DNA of 64,000 bases, from positions 10,418,001 to 10,482,000 of the forward strand of contig NC_087251.1 in the NCBI RefSeq assembly GCF_037042905.1, written 5' to 3'. This document shows, in pieces, positions 14,539 to 27,615 of this stretch (position 1 is the first letter of the stretch; every line of letters starts with the position of its first letter). Both the position numbers and the translations under genes were made by a program. This DNA is from Lytechinus pictus (taxonomy: Eukaryota). The notes below the pieces were generated by a model that made no database searches, was not told the DNA's origin, and was given only the letters and a program-made list of their open reading frames with translations.

Positions 14539-16007
14539 TGGGCAAAATGTAAATATGTGTGTGGTGTATTAATCTTTATATGCACAATAAACAAATTACT
14601 CACAAAAATAAAATTGAAATTTTTATGAGTGTTTTGATGAAATATAATTTATTAAACATGGAAAATAGCATTATTATCTTTACACATATTCTATAGAAAT
14701 TACAAAATGAAAATAGGAAAAGATGTATACAATTGTAAAAGCATAAGAAAGTAAGTGTAACTGTATATGGAGTTTCAGGCTAAACATGCAATAAAGCTAA
14801 GGTGTAGAAATTTTAAATGCTGCTTGTTTGTCTTATGTACATGGATTGTTGTCCCAACAGTCTGCAGTTCTGCTGGTGTTGTACTTTTCATATACTGAAA
14901 AAACCCTTTATTATAATAAAGAGATTTGTAAAAACATACTAAGTGTTCATATTATATTTTTTAACCACTGGAATATTTTGGCACAATCTCAAGATTGGGT
15001 GGGGATGATCAAATAATATATATATAAAAAGATGTTCAAGCTTCTCCCTTTCTATTGATTTAGAATGCAATTTTTTGTCCAATTCTATGGACTTTCTCTT
15101 GGTAATACTCTGATTGATTAAACCCATCCCATTATGTTCTGGCTGAACAAACCTTCAAGACAGGAGTCAATATAGAATGGAATTATGTCTTCATTACCGA
15201 GTTTGAAAGAATTTCTGGCAAAGAAAGGTGAGTAATTCTATGTGATTTATCCAACTCTAAATAGGAACTCTTGATATTCACCGTCACTGATCTTTGGTCG
15301 AGTCCAGTGATCACAAGATGACAGGAGGGGGGGGGGGGGACCTGTGACAGATCACTTGGCTTGAGATTGTCCATAGGTGTTGGTAGAAGCTTGGACATTT
15401 GTTAGCTTTTAACATTTGCAAATCTTACTACAACCACCCAAACTTAATTTAAACCCTGTCTAGGGTTTCGGTAAAAATTCAATTATACTGGACTATTATT
15501 TTAAATCACATCTTTTTCACATTAATTTCTTTACTACAAATAAATTTCATCTCACATTGGTAAGAAAATGATTTAGCTTTACCAATATGTCACCCAGGCT
15601 TTAGGAACTTTATTTATCTTGAATAAATTAATAAAAAACAACATAATGTCATTATAAATCAATTAATTTTCTTCTTATTTTGATTGTGAAAACCACTTGT
15701 TTGTTAAAAACAAAGTGATTCAATAAAGTTTAACTAAACTACTTTTAAAGCATTGTATTAAACACAAATAAGCAAATACAAATAAATATTTGATACAACA
15801 ATAAGACTACTTTCATGAAGTAGCTCTTTTGAAAGTATAGCTCAAACTAGTCCTTTTATAATGTAGTCAAGATTAATAGACTTTCACCATCTTGAAATGA
15901 AATAACACGTTTTTACATTACAATATTATTATAGAAATTAATCAATTACAATGTGATCTCGTTACATATGATAATCTTATATTCTAAGCCATCATTAGAA
16001 ACAACAA

Positions 16008-16327
16008 CAGGGTTCCCACAGAAATTTAAAAACGGAATTCCACAACTTTTCCATGACTAAATTGCTGCTTTCCATGACTTCCCGTGACATCAGAGCAGTT
16101 ATGTAGAACTTGGGATGTCACAAAACTGGGAAAAATGAAAATCATGATCACCAATTACAATAGCAAAGTATGATCACTGAGTATGAGAGTTGCAAGACAT
16201 GACAAAATGGAAAACTGCCATAGCCAAGAGGTAAATGCAATTCCACGACTTTTCACAAATTATCCGAATTCCCTGACTTTCTATGACCACAAATTTTTCC
16301 AGGATTTCCATAACTGTGGGAACCCTG
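16008..16327. mobile_element. hAT-like MITE
   Basis: TIR CAGGGTTCCCACAG / CTGTGGGAACCCTG; AACAA on both flanks; internal TTCCATGACT repeats. Confidence 0.75.
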
Positions 16328-16744
16328 AACAATTATATTGCCCGTCTATAAAGGGTGACATTGGAAATCCTGATCATGCATTGAGATCAATATGTATCAA
16401 ATTTCCTTCAGCAAATTTGAGAAACAACTGGCAACAGTTTCCGCAACACATGTACTGTATGTGGGTCATATGGACATTATTACATGGCTAATTATTTTAT
16501 TAGGATCTATTACAGATATCTTGTGATGCACTTTGAAAACATATCCTTTGCATCATGATGCCACAAGTCTCTCATCTTAAATACTGCAAGCCCCCTGCCC
16601 CTCATGCAGCATGATAATAAAATAGAACAGACAACAGAGTGGAATCAATTATTGGTATGCTATGGCATTAGGCCAATGTCTTAGTCTATTGGAGTACGCA
16701 TTTGAACAAGTCAGAATGAATCATTTAGTGACAGACTAGGTTAA

Positions 16745-17348
16745 AGGACAAGTCCACCCCAGCAAAGAGTTGATTTGAATAAAAAGAGAAAAATCCAACA
16801 AGAATAACACTGAAAATTTCATTGAAATCGGATGTAAAATAAGAAAGTTATGACATTTAAAATTTTCGCTTAATTTCACAAAACAGTTATATGCACATCC
16901 TGGTTGTTATGCAAATGAGGAGACTGATGACATCATCCACTTACTATTTATTTTGTATTTTATTATATGAAATATGGAATATTCTAATTTTCTCCTCATT
17001 GTCAAGTGAAACAATGATTAATTCCTCCCTGAACATGTGTAATTCAAATTGTTTAATATTATATGGTTCAGTCATGTTGGTCCTAATTGTCAAATCTGTA
17101 AAAAATTAAATATTGTATAATTCAAACAATGAAAAAACAAAAGAAGTAGTGAGTGATGGACATCATCGACTGACTCATTTGCATGCCACTAAGTCGTGCA
17201 TATCACTGTTTTGTGAAAAATAAGCGAAACTTTAGAATGCCATACCTTTCTTATCTTATATCCGATTTTGATGAAATTTTTACCATTATGCTAGTTTGAT
17301 TTTTCTCTATTTATTCAAATCAACAGTTTTCCGGGGTGGACTTGACCT
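16745..17348. mobile_element. Non-autonomous Kolobok-type MITE with long imperfect TIRs
   Basis: TTAA|AGGACAAGTCCACCCC ... GGGGTGGACTTGACCT|TTAA; a TTAA TSD with RR..YY termini is Kolobok-like. Confidence 0.8.
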
Positions 17349-18199
17349 TTAAAGAAGCAAAAGGAGGGGAGGGGTAGTATTCTTATTCTTAACAAAAAAA
17401 TGTTCAAGAGCAAGGTGAGAGGTGAAAGGGTGGTTCTTTTCCCAAATCTTTTTACTCGTAAAAATATGTGGTCAAAATGACTTCACCAATTTCATGATTA
17501 ATGTAGTTTGTTGAGCTTTTATCAATTTTACAATAAATCAGAACAAAAGTGATAAATGCAACCATGCAATGTTGGTCATCAACAATGCGTATAAACATCA
17601 TCTGTCAGAGTTGAGGGATTGTTTCTGCTCCATGTGGTAGATATGCCATGCATATCATATTTACTGGACACCAGGGAAAATTTACACAGGGGCTGGGGGC
17701 GAATGAGCCCCTGAAATGCTCAAAACAGCCCTGCAAACTCATAAAAGAGCCCCAGAATTCCAATTTGTTGCAATAGTATAGCTTATTCAATGTTGCAGAT
17801 TCAAGAAGCAAGTTGTGAAAAGTACCCCCTGAAAATAAAAATTTATCAATTTACCTGATGAACGTCCTTACAAGAGCGCAGAGACAGCTAATTCCCTATT
17901 GAAAGCCTTCTCTGATACCAGCAACAGATCAGCAGCTGCCATCCATAAGGTGAAGCAGAACCCCAGGTACTTTGGAAAGCATGGGGGAGCAGCTAAATAA
18001 GAGCCAGAACAAGCAGAAGAGGACCGGGAAAACAGGACAATCAGCAACATGCTAGTACTAGGGATAAAAGCCAGTGTCCAGCCTATGGAGAGACATGCAA
18101 GGCATCTGGTTAGTCAAACCATTTTGCCAATGTATGCATAATGAACAAAAAGAAAGCCCACAAAGTTGATGATCAGCCTGACAGTGACATGTCTCCATT

Positions 18200-18780
18200 G
18201 TAGAAAAGCTGAGTCAGCGGTCAAAACAGTGAAGCGAATTCTGATGAAGACTAACAAATCACATTCTGATCCCTACCTAGCGTTGTTACATTATCAGAAT
18301 ACGCCATCCCAAGGGTTGAGCACTGGCCCAGCATCTAATGAATCGGCATACTCACACAATCCTGCCAACAATGGCTGAACTGCTCGAACCAAGAGTAGTT
18401 GGAGAGTGAGAGCATACAAAACCACAAGTGCAAAAGCAAGCTGACAACTACAAGTCAGCCAAAGATCTACCTCCCTTGGAAAAGGGGATACAGTAAGAAC
18501 GCAAACCCTTGTTCAGGGCAAGAAAGGTTAGGAAAGAGCAATATTAAGGCGACAATTTAATGAGCATTCCTATGTCAGTGGGAAGCCTTCTGGCGTCTAT
18601 CATCACAATCAAGTGCATTTTCGCAAAACGCATGAAGACCATCCTGCAGTCCGGCAGCGCCGGAAAGGTGATGATGGGGATTCTGATTGGGTTCCGGTTC
18701 AACTACCGGAACCAGAGGCTGATCCAGCAGGGAGAGCATCGTTTCTACCAAGAAATGTTTGACCCATAAATGTTCCTGCA
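18200..18780 (+). pseudogene. Decayed Ty3/Gypsy integrase C-terminal fragment
   Basis: KAESAVKTVKRILMK...DPYLALLHYQNTPSQGLSTGPA is the typical motif after the catalytic E of Gypsy integrases; frameshifts and stops follow. Confidence 0.8.
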
Positions 18781-19505
18781 AAAAACAGCCCACCAATAGC
18801 ATATGTGGAATTGTTCCTTGGCAGAGAACTGCTGATAAAAATTGTAAATAGAACTAATTGTTATGCCAATGTGTTCCTCACAAATGAAGCGGCTGTAACA
18901 TGAATGAGCGGGCAACCTAATTTGCGGTTCAAGAAATGGCCTGTGAATGGTATCAATATTGTTTTGCTCAAAAAACACTTGAGACTAAGCATGAGTATGG
19001 GGCTTGTGAGAAAGGAGCACCATTCCGAGTATTGGTCCACACGAGCAAGCAAGACAAACCCATATTTCAGCTCCGTGATACCATATTGGTTGTTCTTGTT
19101 CACCACTGATATATGTCAATGACAACGCAACTGAAGTTGCAGGAGGTGAAGAGGGATTTGACCCTTAGAAAAAGGCCATGGACAAACACATGAATAATTC
19201 ATTGCCATATTTTCTTATCATGTCTCACAAGAGGGAATAATTGGTTGATTCAACAATTAAGTTAGGTAAAATACTTGTTAAAACTATTCTTTGGAATACT
19301 TACCTACACTACAAAAAATGGTAAATATGACTGTCAGTCACACATCACTAGGGTCTCATTAGTTAACCAATAATTTGCATCTTTAAAACCGTTGGGTTTG
19401 TAAATTATGTGATGCAGTAATAAATCTTTACCAAAAATTACTGAAATTTCACATTTTTAATCTTTACATCCACAAAATTACCATCCATTTTCCATACCGG
19501 CATAT

Positions 19506-19926
19506 CCTTATAATTGTTTTGATTTAGAAGGAAATTGTGAAGAAGTATTTTCTTGAGCCTCAAGGAATTCAAGGAAAAGAAAAACAAAAAGACCGCAGGC
19601 TGAAGCCGGCTACCCAGCGAAACCAGCAAACAAAAAGATTAGAGGCAAGGTTTTCATCATCTGAAGCCAGTTTTGAAAGGACAAATAAAACAATTTAAAG
19701 ATGTGAAAGAAACCTTATAATTGTTTTGATTTAGAAGGAAATTGTGAAGAAGTATTTTCTTGAGCCTCAAGGAATTCAAGGAAAAGAAAAACAAAAACAA
19801 GAAGGCCGCAGGCTGAAGCCGGCTACCCAGCGAAACCAGCAAACAAAAAGATCAGAGGCAAGGTTTTCATCATCTGAAGCCAGTTTTGAAAGGACAGATA
19901 AAACAATTTAAAGATGTGAAAGAAAC
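19506..19926. repeat. Tandem duplication, two ~210-bp units
   Basis: CCTTATAATTGTTTTGATTTAGAAGG...GATGTGAAAGAAAC occurs twice, nearly identical. Confidence 0.9.
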
Positions 19927-21656
19927 TATTACCTATTAAAAGTGAAGAGTTGAGAAGAAAGGAGCGAAAAACTGAAGGTGATGGAAGCAGATGGAAGTGG
20001 TAGAATTAGAATCAATTTTGCAAATGGAAATTGATAAGATGTTTATGTATGTGGCAAGAGAGAATCTGATCTTCACGTGACTAGTGAGGAATGAAGATGA
20101 AGATATAAAGCCACTTCTGAATGATTTTTACAAAAATTCACTGACTGAAGAGGAGACTGATGGGGTAGAATAACAGTGGTTGCATAGAATTGCAGCGGGA
20201 TCGATGCCACACCCCTATCAAAGGACGTTTCGTGCCATACACCAAAAGAGAAAACATATGCAATGCAAAAATTATGAAAGAAAAAAAATGTCTATCAGGG
20301 AGGACATTCACATGCTCATAAGAAGGTCAAGACTAGCACAAATACCAGTTCTTTTTGCAGCGAGAAAGGCAGGACGCTGGCTAATTTCCCCCCACATTTG
20401 TCCACAATAAATGGCTGCCAATATCAAAATATAGAAACTTCCTTGAGTCCCCCCCCAACAAAAAAAAAAATGAAGTCTTCACATTGCCCCTCAGTGTTAC
20501 CAGCACTTGTTGCCTCTGTACCAAGGGTTAGGGAGCAAGTGTATTAAAGAGCTCTGATTTTAATGAGCTTCTTAACATGAATTTGTTAGGAGACTTGTAA
20601 AGAAAGTAAATTTTGTCATGAAAGAAAGAGCTGATAAATGCCACAATGTGTGTTATACACAGATAAGCAAACTGAAGACAACGAGAGATGAGAAAAGAGA
20701 GGTTCTGGGCTTATTAAAACAAATGTACAGTATCTATTGCAATTCAGTTTATGATCAGCCAATCAAATAGAATGATTGTTATCCTAACAAGTTTTATTAA
20801 ATGGGCCCCAGGTGTTTGACTCTAATTTTGATTGTGGGCCAATGTATTTGACAATCGCATCTTATTAGCATGACATCTTTGTTAAATGGAGTAATCACAG
20901 GTTTGTCATATTCATGCCTGGGTTAATTAAACATTTTAGAAACAAGTTGTCAAATGGCCTTCAGCATACAAGTGTACAGTTCTATGGGACAGATTGAGAG
21001 CTTGCACTTCAAAAGGGCATAGCAGCAACCTCAAGCTTCAAGGAATTTTCACTGCATACTTCATCATAAGAGAAACTGTGAAGCCAAGCTAGCTAAACTG
21101 GGTGTCAGAATGTTGCCGGGGACAATTAAATTCATGGGAGAAGAGATGGATAGAGTTCCTTTTGCGACAGCCACCCAAAATCGATGGATATTAATATTAG
21201 ACTAGCCAGCATTCTTAATGAGGGCAAATTTTTTATGGGGGTTGAGCAACAAATTAGGCGTGGAATTTCTTTTGGTTATTATAAAAGAAAATGAAAAAAA
21301 AAAAAAAAATACTTTTTTTAACTGACTCTTGCTTTCTCTCCATCTCTCTTCCTCCCTCTCTTTCTGTCAATCCATGTGCACCGTCACTCTGTAACCTTGT
21401 ATTGCTTGCTATTTTGTATCTGTCAGGATTATAGAATGTGAATTGAACAATTAACATAATTACATTTATTGATCAAGAAACGAAAATGCTGACTTAAACC
21501 CGAGTCTTTGAGCATGTGAGTCCCTCGCCTTCACAATGAATCTGCGAAAAGAAGTTAGCAGCTCGGGTGGTCATAAGGTATAGACAAGTAGATACAACTG
21601 TAAGGCATTGGCCAATAGATGGGGCTCTCACTTTTGCTTATAATTCTAGCCTTGAA

Positions 21657-22119
21657 GGGCGCACACCACTAATAGGATCCGGCAATTTCGGGAATCCCCT
21701 TTATACCCGTACCTAAAATGACGTAATGGTTGGAAAAATATTCATATAAAATCAACGGTGCATATCTCAGAAATTTTTTTCAGGGCATAGAGAGGGATTA
21801 CTACTGGATCTGTTCACATCCATGGGAGAGCAGTAATTTGTCAATGCTAGATATTATGGGACCTTAATTAGTTGCCCAAGAAACCCTGTGAGCACTGCGA
21901 CTGCAACCAAGTTTGCATGTAGTCTTGGTTCGAGCCCCTGTAGCGCGAAAAAATGTTGAAAAACACCTTTTCATATCTTTAGCGTTTGAAGGATATTGGA
22001 TGAACTACCAAATGAGGAAGGTGTGGATGATGTCGTTATTAAGACTTATTTTGGGCGATTTTTTCAAATCTCATTTTTAACACATGAGTCTATGGGGAAA
22101 TAGTTAGTGGTGTGTGCCC
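21657..22119 (+). repeat. Left long terminal direct repeat of family 1 (463 bp) with its own 16-bp TIRs
   Basis: GGGCGCACACCACTAA ... TTAGTGGTGTGTGCCC; nearly identical to 26085-26550. Confidence 0.95.
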
Positions 22120-22640
22120 TGAATGGATGATGTGTGGTGAACAGGGCTAGCTGGATGTCTTGCTCCTGGAAGGGAAACTGATTAAAAAGAAGGGGTGCAA
22201 ACACTCTGAATAAATGCCTGCCCTGTTGTTCTATCATGAAAACCCAATTGGCAGCTAACTAGGCACCATTTTCATCAAAATACTCAAACAAATATAAAAA
22301 TGCCACTTTTGCCATTGACTTTGTATGTAATTTTGGCACTCTCCTACATTGGGGGTCTTAAATGCAAGACTAGCACGCGCGCAATAATCAGAAATACGTG
22401 TAGATCGTAGACCAAAACATAAACAGGCCAGCACCGACACCGGCACCTAGTTTATTGTTAGTAATTCTCTTTCAACATCTTCCTAAGATAGGATTTTGAG
22501 TCAAGTTAAAAGGAATAGCATGGCAAGGTAAAATTTAAAGTTTTTATATGGAATTTTATAGCAATGAATGTCTGGTTACTGAAATTCATTACAGAGGGCA
22601 AAACTTACTATTAAGTAATGTTATTTGGCTGTACACAATC

Positions 22641-23018
22641 ATGGCTGATCCACATCAGGAATGGTGCTCAAAATATTCAAAAATATTAGACAGTAAGACA
22701 GAAAAGAGGGGAAATGAGCCGTCGGCATGCTGGCCATTTAAAGGGCGAAAAAAAAATGGGTATGGCCTAGTGGATGTTAACATCCCAGGCAGCCGTAAGA
22801 CCACTAGGCATGCCCATCGGCTTGTGCTGATGACAAAGGTGGCGATGACTTGGGAGGTTTCGTCTGAGCTCTATGCCTCTCACCTTTGCGGTAATCGCAT
22901 CTGTGTGAGGCCAAGCCATTTAGTGTTTGAGAGCCATGAAGAGAACAAACAGCGTCAAATTTGCCATAATTTGAAAACTTGCCAATCCCACGAGCCCCCT
23001 TGCATCATATCAGCCTGA
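22641..23018 (+). CDS. His-Me finger (His-Cys box, I-PpoI-like) endonuclease, intact; the ORF is open from 22548
   Basis: CWPFKG..NGYG..AHRL..ASHLCGNRICVRPSHLVFESHEENKQRQIC..C.SHEPPC. Confidence 0.9.
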   Translation: MADPHQEWCSKYSKILDSKTEKRGNEPSACWPFKGRKKNGYGLVDVNIPGSRKTTRHAHRLVLMTKVAMTWEVSSELYASHLCGNRICVRPSHLVFESHEENKQRQICHNLKTCQSHEPPCIISA

Positions 23019-23138
23019 CTTAAGTATCACTGTGACTAACCGAGACGACAGTGAGTTTATTAACTAATTTTAGGGAAAGTAGGCATAGAGGTCTGGGCCT
23101 AGACTACTTAATTATTAAACAAATAAAGTGATCCAAAG

Positions 23139-25169
23139 TCAAGATCTAGTTTCCCCTTTATCGCAGATCTTTCTGTCATAGGAGTGATCACTTTGAATAG
23201 ATATGCGAGTGTTTTCTAATTGTCCCTTCACATAAGAGTGGAAATTGCTGTCATCTTTCCACCTTTTTACCTTTTGATACAGTTTGTATTTATACTCCCT
23301 ATGTGTAGCTTTGGACTTAATTGCTGTCATCTTTTTACTTCTCTTTCTCCAGTAGTCCCTTCTCTGCTGCAGATGCAAGAGCTTGTGTCGAAGTCTTGAT
23401 CCCCCTTTCACTGGAACCTGGGCAGCTAAGGCCTTGTCAAGGATCGATGCGGGGCCCCCGTTGGTAAGTTGTTGCAGAATGCTCTCTGTTTGCTTGATTT
23501 CTTACATAGGTAGTGGAATGTTTTGGGTAGGTTACTCTGAAAGCAGAATTCATTGACTCTGCCTTTTGTGTTGACAAATTAAACCTTGTTCTCCTGAGGG
23601 TTTGAGTGGACAGTCTTTGACGTATTGTTCCCAAAATTTGTTGCTGATCTCTCATATTAAGCGTTATCCGCTGTCTAAACTCCAAAGGTAAAAAGGGAAA
23701 TTTGAACCCTCCGTTACATGCTAGGCTCTGGTTCCAGCACAGTTCATGATTTCCAGTATAACACAAAATCATTGCCTCCCCACATCTTTGTAACTGTTCT
23801 TCGTATACTAAAATGTCCCCTGATTGATTATGTGCTGAATTTAATTCAGCTTGAACCCTGTAAGCAATGTCGCCTGCCATTGCTCTCTGCTGCTTGTCTC
23901 TCAGTCTTGAAGTTTTACCTGGGAAAGTATTTTTGCTCAGAGTAAGTCTTTCCAATTTTTTACACAGAGACCGCTTCAGGTGATTGACACAGAGGTATGA
24001 TGTTGGATCTACACCAGCTGCGCTCTTCATGACTTCTTGGACTCCCCTGTGAAAGTGTCCATCACTATCGCTAACACCTTTGACAAGTAGCTGCGTTTCA
24101 TCTCCAGTAAGTAATTTTTGTGCACATTTTTGTCCACCAAGCATTTCGTCCCCTATGTTATCACTCATCTTTATTGTGGCTGTACACTTAGGATGGTTAG
24201 GGCAGGCAGGTTCTTTTCCTTGACCAACTAATCTCTGGCCTACTCTACAAAGTTTGTTTGTTGAATTGTAAGTTACAATGTACTTCTCTGGGGTCACATT
24301 TTCTGTCACAACATCGCGAGCTTGAGTCGCTGGTGCAAATGGTGTTCTCCCCTTTGCATGGCTGAGAGGTATGTTATATTGTCTGTCAATTTCTATGTTA
24401 ATAGGTGTATTTCTGTCCATCCCTCTGTACTCCAAACTGTCTTTCACCTTCCTGCGCTTTTCTGCCATATCCAATTCATTGGCAGCGGCCAAGATATCAC
24501 CACATTTGTTAGCTTCTTTTGGAAACCGCTAAGTGATTCAGTTGGAATACTCATTGCTGTTAGAATCCTGTTTGCAGCAGCATTTGCAATACTGCTTTGG
24601 TATAGCCCCACCTGTAGAGCCATGTTTGGTACAGCAGTTTTTCTCCCTGATTCTGTTTTATCAATCTCTCTGAAAAACTTTAGAGCGGTTGATTCAAATT
24701 TACAAGTCCTGCACCTGAATACGACAGTAACTGCAATTCCTCTTATCTTTTCTTTTTCTTCAGGAATCATCCAGTCCATGTTTGAACACCCAGGGCTACA
24801 ATGTGAATGCTGTTGGCAAGCTTCATTGATGGACATGGTGAGCTTCTCTACATCAACAATCCGATGACCGACAGCTGAACCATCAGTGGATGTTAACATT
24901 TTTGCCAGTGGTACAGAGTCTTCTGATGTCTTTTGCCTGAGAATCATGGTTGTAGAAGAGCGACTGACAGGTTGATCATGCTTGTGAAGAAAGTTGCCAC
25001 GCTCATCACCGGACATTGTGCGGTCCAAGTCCTCTCTTGTTAGACGTACATATTTGGTCTTGAGAATACTGTTGGAATTACCAGCTTCCCACTTCAGCCC
25101 CTTATTCCATGCTCTATGGCCAGGTACAAGGAGGTTCTTTCGCTTGTCAGATAGTTTCTTGGGGCCCAT
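23139..25169 (-). pseudogene. Kolobok-type DDE transposase with two frameshifts (ORFs 24444-25169, 23437-24492, 23139-23411)
   Basis: H..C..C and CxxC N-terminal motifs; putative catalytic motifs NIEIDRQYN, VSDSDG and TQKAESMNS; CxxH; clearly homologous to 31886-33891. Confidence 0.85.
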
Positions 25170-26084
25170 TGTGACTGCTTTTGGTTTGGCAGGGAAAGTT
25201 TTTACTTGTATTTATACACTTTTCTACTGTGCATCCTCCCCCCCCCCCTCCTCCCCACAATAAGGAGAAGAAAAAAAAAATCAAAATTATGTCATGATTT
25301 CCTCCCTATTTTACAGGGAAATCATTTTCTTTTTAACCCAGAAGGGCAGCAGTGACGTATTTTGTAGCCAGAATTCCATGAGTACTTCCATGTCCTTCAC
25401 CTAGTTTACATTACACAATTGCTATGGTGACAGATTCATATTCCACACTGGCCAGCAATAAATGTCCCTTTAGTATACTACTGAATTAATACTCTGGATC
25501 ATGATAATAATCACAATGTATTCAGCTATCATTCTCTGTCATTTGGCTCTTCTCAATAACCCCCTCCCCTTTCCCCTTCCTCTCTCTCTCTCTCTCCCCC
25601 CCCCCACTCTCTCCCTTTCCTCCTTCCATTTCTCATCCCTTTCTGTCAACATGCCACTCATTTTCTCTGCCTTCTGTAAAACTATGAATGTTATTACACA
25701 CGAGGCACTTAGATTTGCTTTTTCTTTTGTTTTTATTGTTTTTTCTCTTGAATTGTGATATTAATTTCAAGTGATAATGACTTAGAAAAATGAATCAAGT
25801 ACTATTAAAACACATTTACAACATTTCAAAGGTGATGATTATCATTAAATTTCAATTCATGAACATGGATTGAGCTTAAACATTACAAAATTTTCTTATA
25901 GGTGCATTGTTTCAACATTGTGTATTCTGTCTGTATTATAACCCTGGAGAGACAATGTTTACTCCCTGATCATAAGAGAACAGGGTCTCAATTTTTTTTT
26001 TTTTTTTAAACATTATGCATATGATACCCTAAGGTTGTGCCAAAAAAAAAAATCCCAAGTTCAGTGAGAATCGCACCCTCTGAA

Positions 26085-26550
26085 GGGCGCACACCACTAA
26101 TAGGATCCGGCAATTTCGGGAATCCCCTTTAGACCCGTACCTAAAATGATGTAATGGTTGGAAAAATATTCATATAAAATCAACGGTGCATATCTCAGCA
26201 ATTTTTTTCATATGGGCATAGAGAGGGATTACTACTGGATCTGTTCACACCCATGGGAGAGCAGTAATTTGTCAATGCTAGATTTTATGGGACCTTAATT
26301 AGTTGCCCAAGAAACCCTGTGGGCACTGCGACTGCAACCAAGTTTGCATGTAGTCTTGGTTCGAGCCCCTGTAGCGCGAAAAAATGTTGAAAAACACCTT
26401 TTCATATCTTTAGCGTTTGAAGGATATTGGATGAACTACCAAATGATGAAGGTGTGGATGATGTCGTTATTAAGACTTATTTTGGGCGATTTTTTCAAAT
26501 CTCATTTTTAACACATGAGTCTATGGGGAAATAGTTAGTGGTGTGTGCCC
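26085..26550 (+). repeat. Right long terminal direct repeat of family 1 (466 bp)
   Basis: Direct copy of 21657-22119, flanked by TGAA on both sides. Confidence 0.95.
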
Positions 26551-26737
26551 TGAAGCAAGTCAACCTTCTGGACAACCTCGTACTGTAATATTGAGAGATG
26601 ACGGAATAAAGCCATGTGACATTGATTAGCCCACAACTAATGACTTTCGCCAGTGAATTGTGAATCTGCTAACTGAGCATGCGTTCATACTTAGTTCTGG
26701 CCTTACGACTGTCGCTTGCTTATATATATATATATAT

Positions 26738-26930
26738 ACCATATTCATGAATGCATCTATTATTTCAATATCTTGTCACTGTGAGCTTTAATGTATTCCT
26801 GAAAAAGACGAGGGATTTATTTCGAAAATTTGGACTTGGAAATAAGCTCTGTTGGAACTAGTACAATGCATTACCTCTTTGCCTCTTTTATCTCATCTAT
26901 GTCCAACACGTGAAATATAATATCGTTTTA
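26738..26930 (+). mobile_element. Short insertion in a (TA)n tract, possibly a Penelope-like terminal repeat fragment; copy A only
   Basis: Flanked by TA microsatellite and absent from copy B (~35403); contains CTGAAAAAG...TCGAAA. Confidence 0.4.
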
Positions 26931-27029
26931 TATATATATATATTTATATATATATATTTTTTTTTTTAGGGGGGGGTGGGAATTGAAATGTTATTGTGAC
27001 ATTTTGAACTCAGATGCACGTGTGCGCTC

Positions 27030-27615
27030 AAAGGAATGGATTTGCCCATCGACAGTGTGTGGAATAAAACTTTTAAAGGCTTTTGAAATGATTAATTACA
27101 GAAGACGAAGCGATAAGGTTTGGCCAAGATAGTGGACTCAAAGCGAAGACTGTCAACTGCCCATCTTGTGGAGAAACATTAACAAAACTGTACAAAAACA
27201 ATCAAAGTGGAAGATGTGTGAAACAACAGTTTCAGTTCAACAAGAGAAAGCGCCGTGAAAAAAAAGAAAAAGAACGTTGTACCAATTTGACGAGGAACAT
27301 GGTTTGGTAACACAAACATTAGTGTAAGGAAATCTTTTTCGTTGATGCACTGTTTTGTGAATAAAGTCAATTATACAGACACTGTGCATGAAACATCTGT
27401 ATCATCAGCAAGTTCCAGTACTAGCAACAATACTGAAACTGCAGATTTGTCAACTGAACGTGACTCTGTCAATCTTGACGAGAGACTCTACCTCAGAAGA
27501 GAAAGAGGTCATAACAAGTTGTGAAACTATTTCAGATTATTATAGCAACTGCTAAAAAGTATGCCTTTCTTCAATTGAAAATAGACATAAAGGCAGAAAG
27601 ATTGGAGGACCGGGT
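27030..27615 (+). pseudogene. Decayed Merlin (IS1595-like) transposase N-terminal fragment
   Basis: RGTWFGNTNISVRK...ETISDYYS.C*KVC...KIGGPG resembles the Merlin T..DW..FCREVC...KIGGPG motif; contains stops and frameshifts. Confidence 0.6.

Larger units (their letters stand above)
21657..26550. mobile_element. KolobokP-type composite-like DNA transposon, family 1 (4894 bp)
   Basis: Two near-identical long terminal direct repeats, TGAA on both outer flanks, and convergent His-Me finger nuclease and DDE transposase genes. The empty site is visible in copy B at 30273. Confidence 0.9.

Noticed and set aside
19930..21240. Coding-like purine-rich stretches
   Set aside because: Probably decayed transposon sequence, but no motif could be assigned
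22548..23018. Group I intron or rDNA context for the homing-type nuclease
   Set aside because: No rRNA sequence or group I intron core recognised nearby; the gene lies inside transposon repeats
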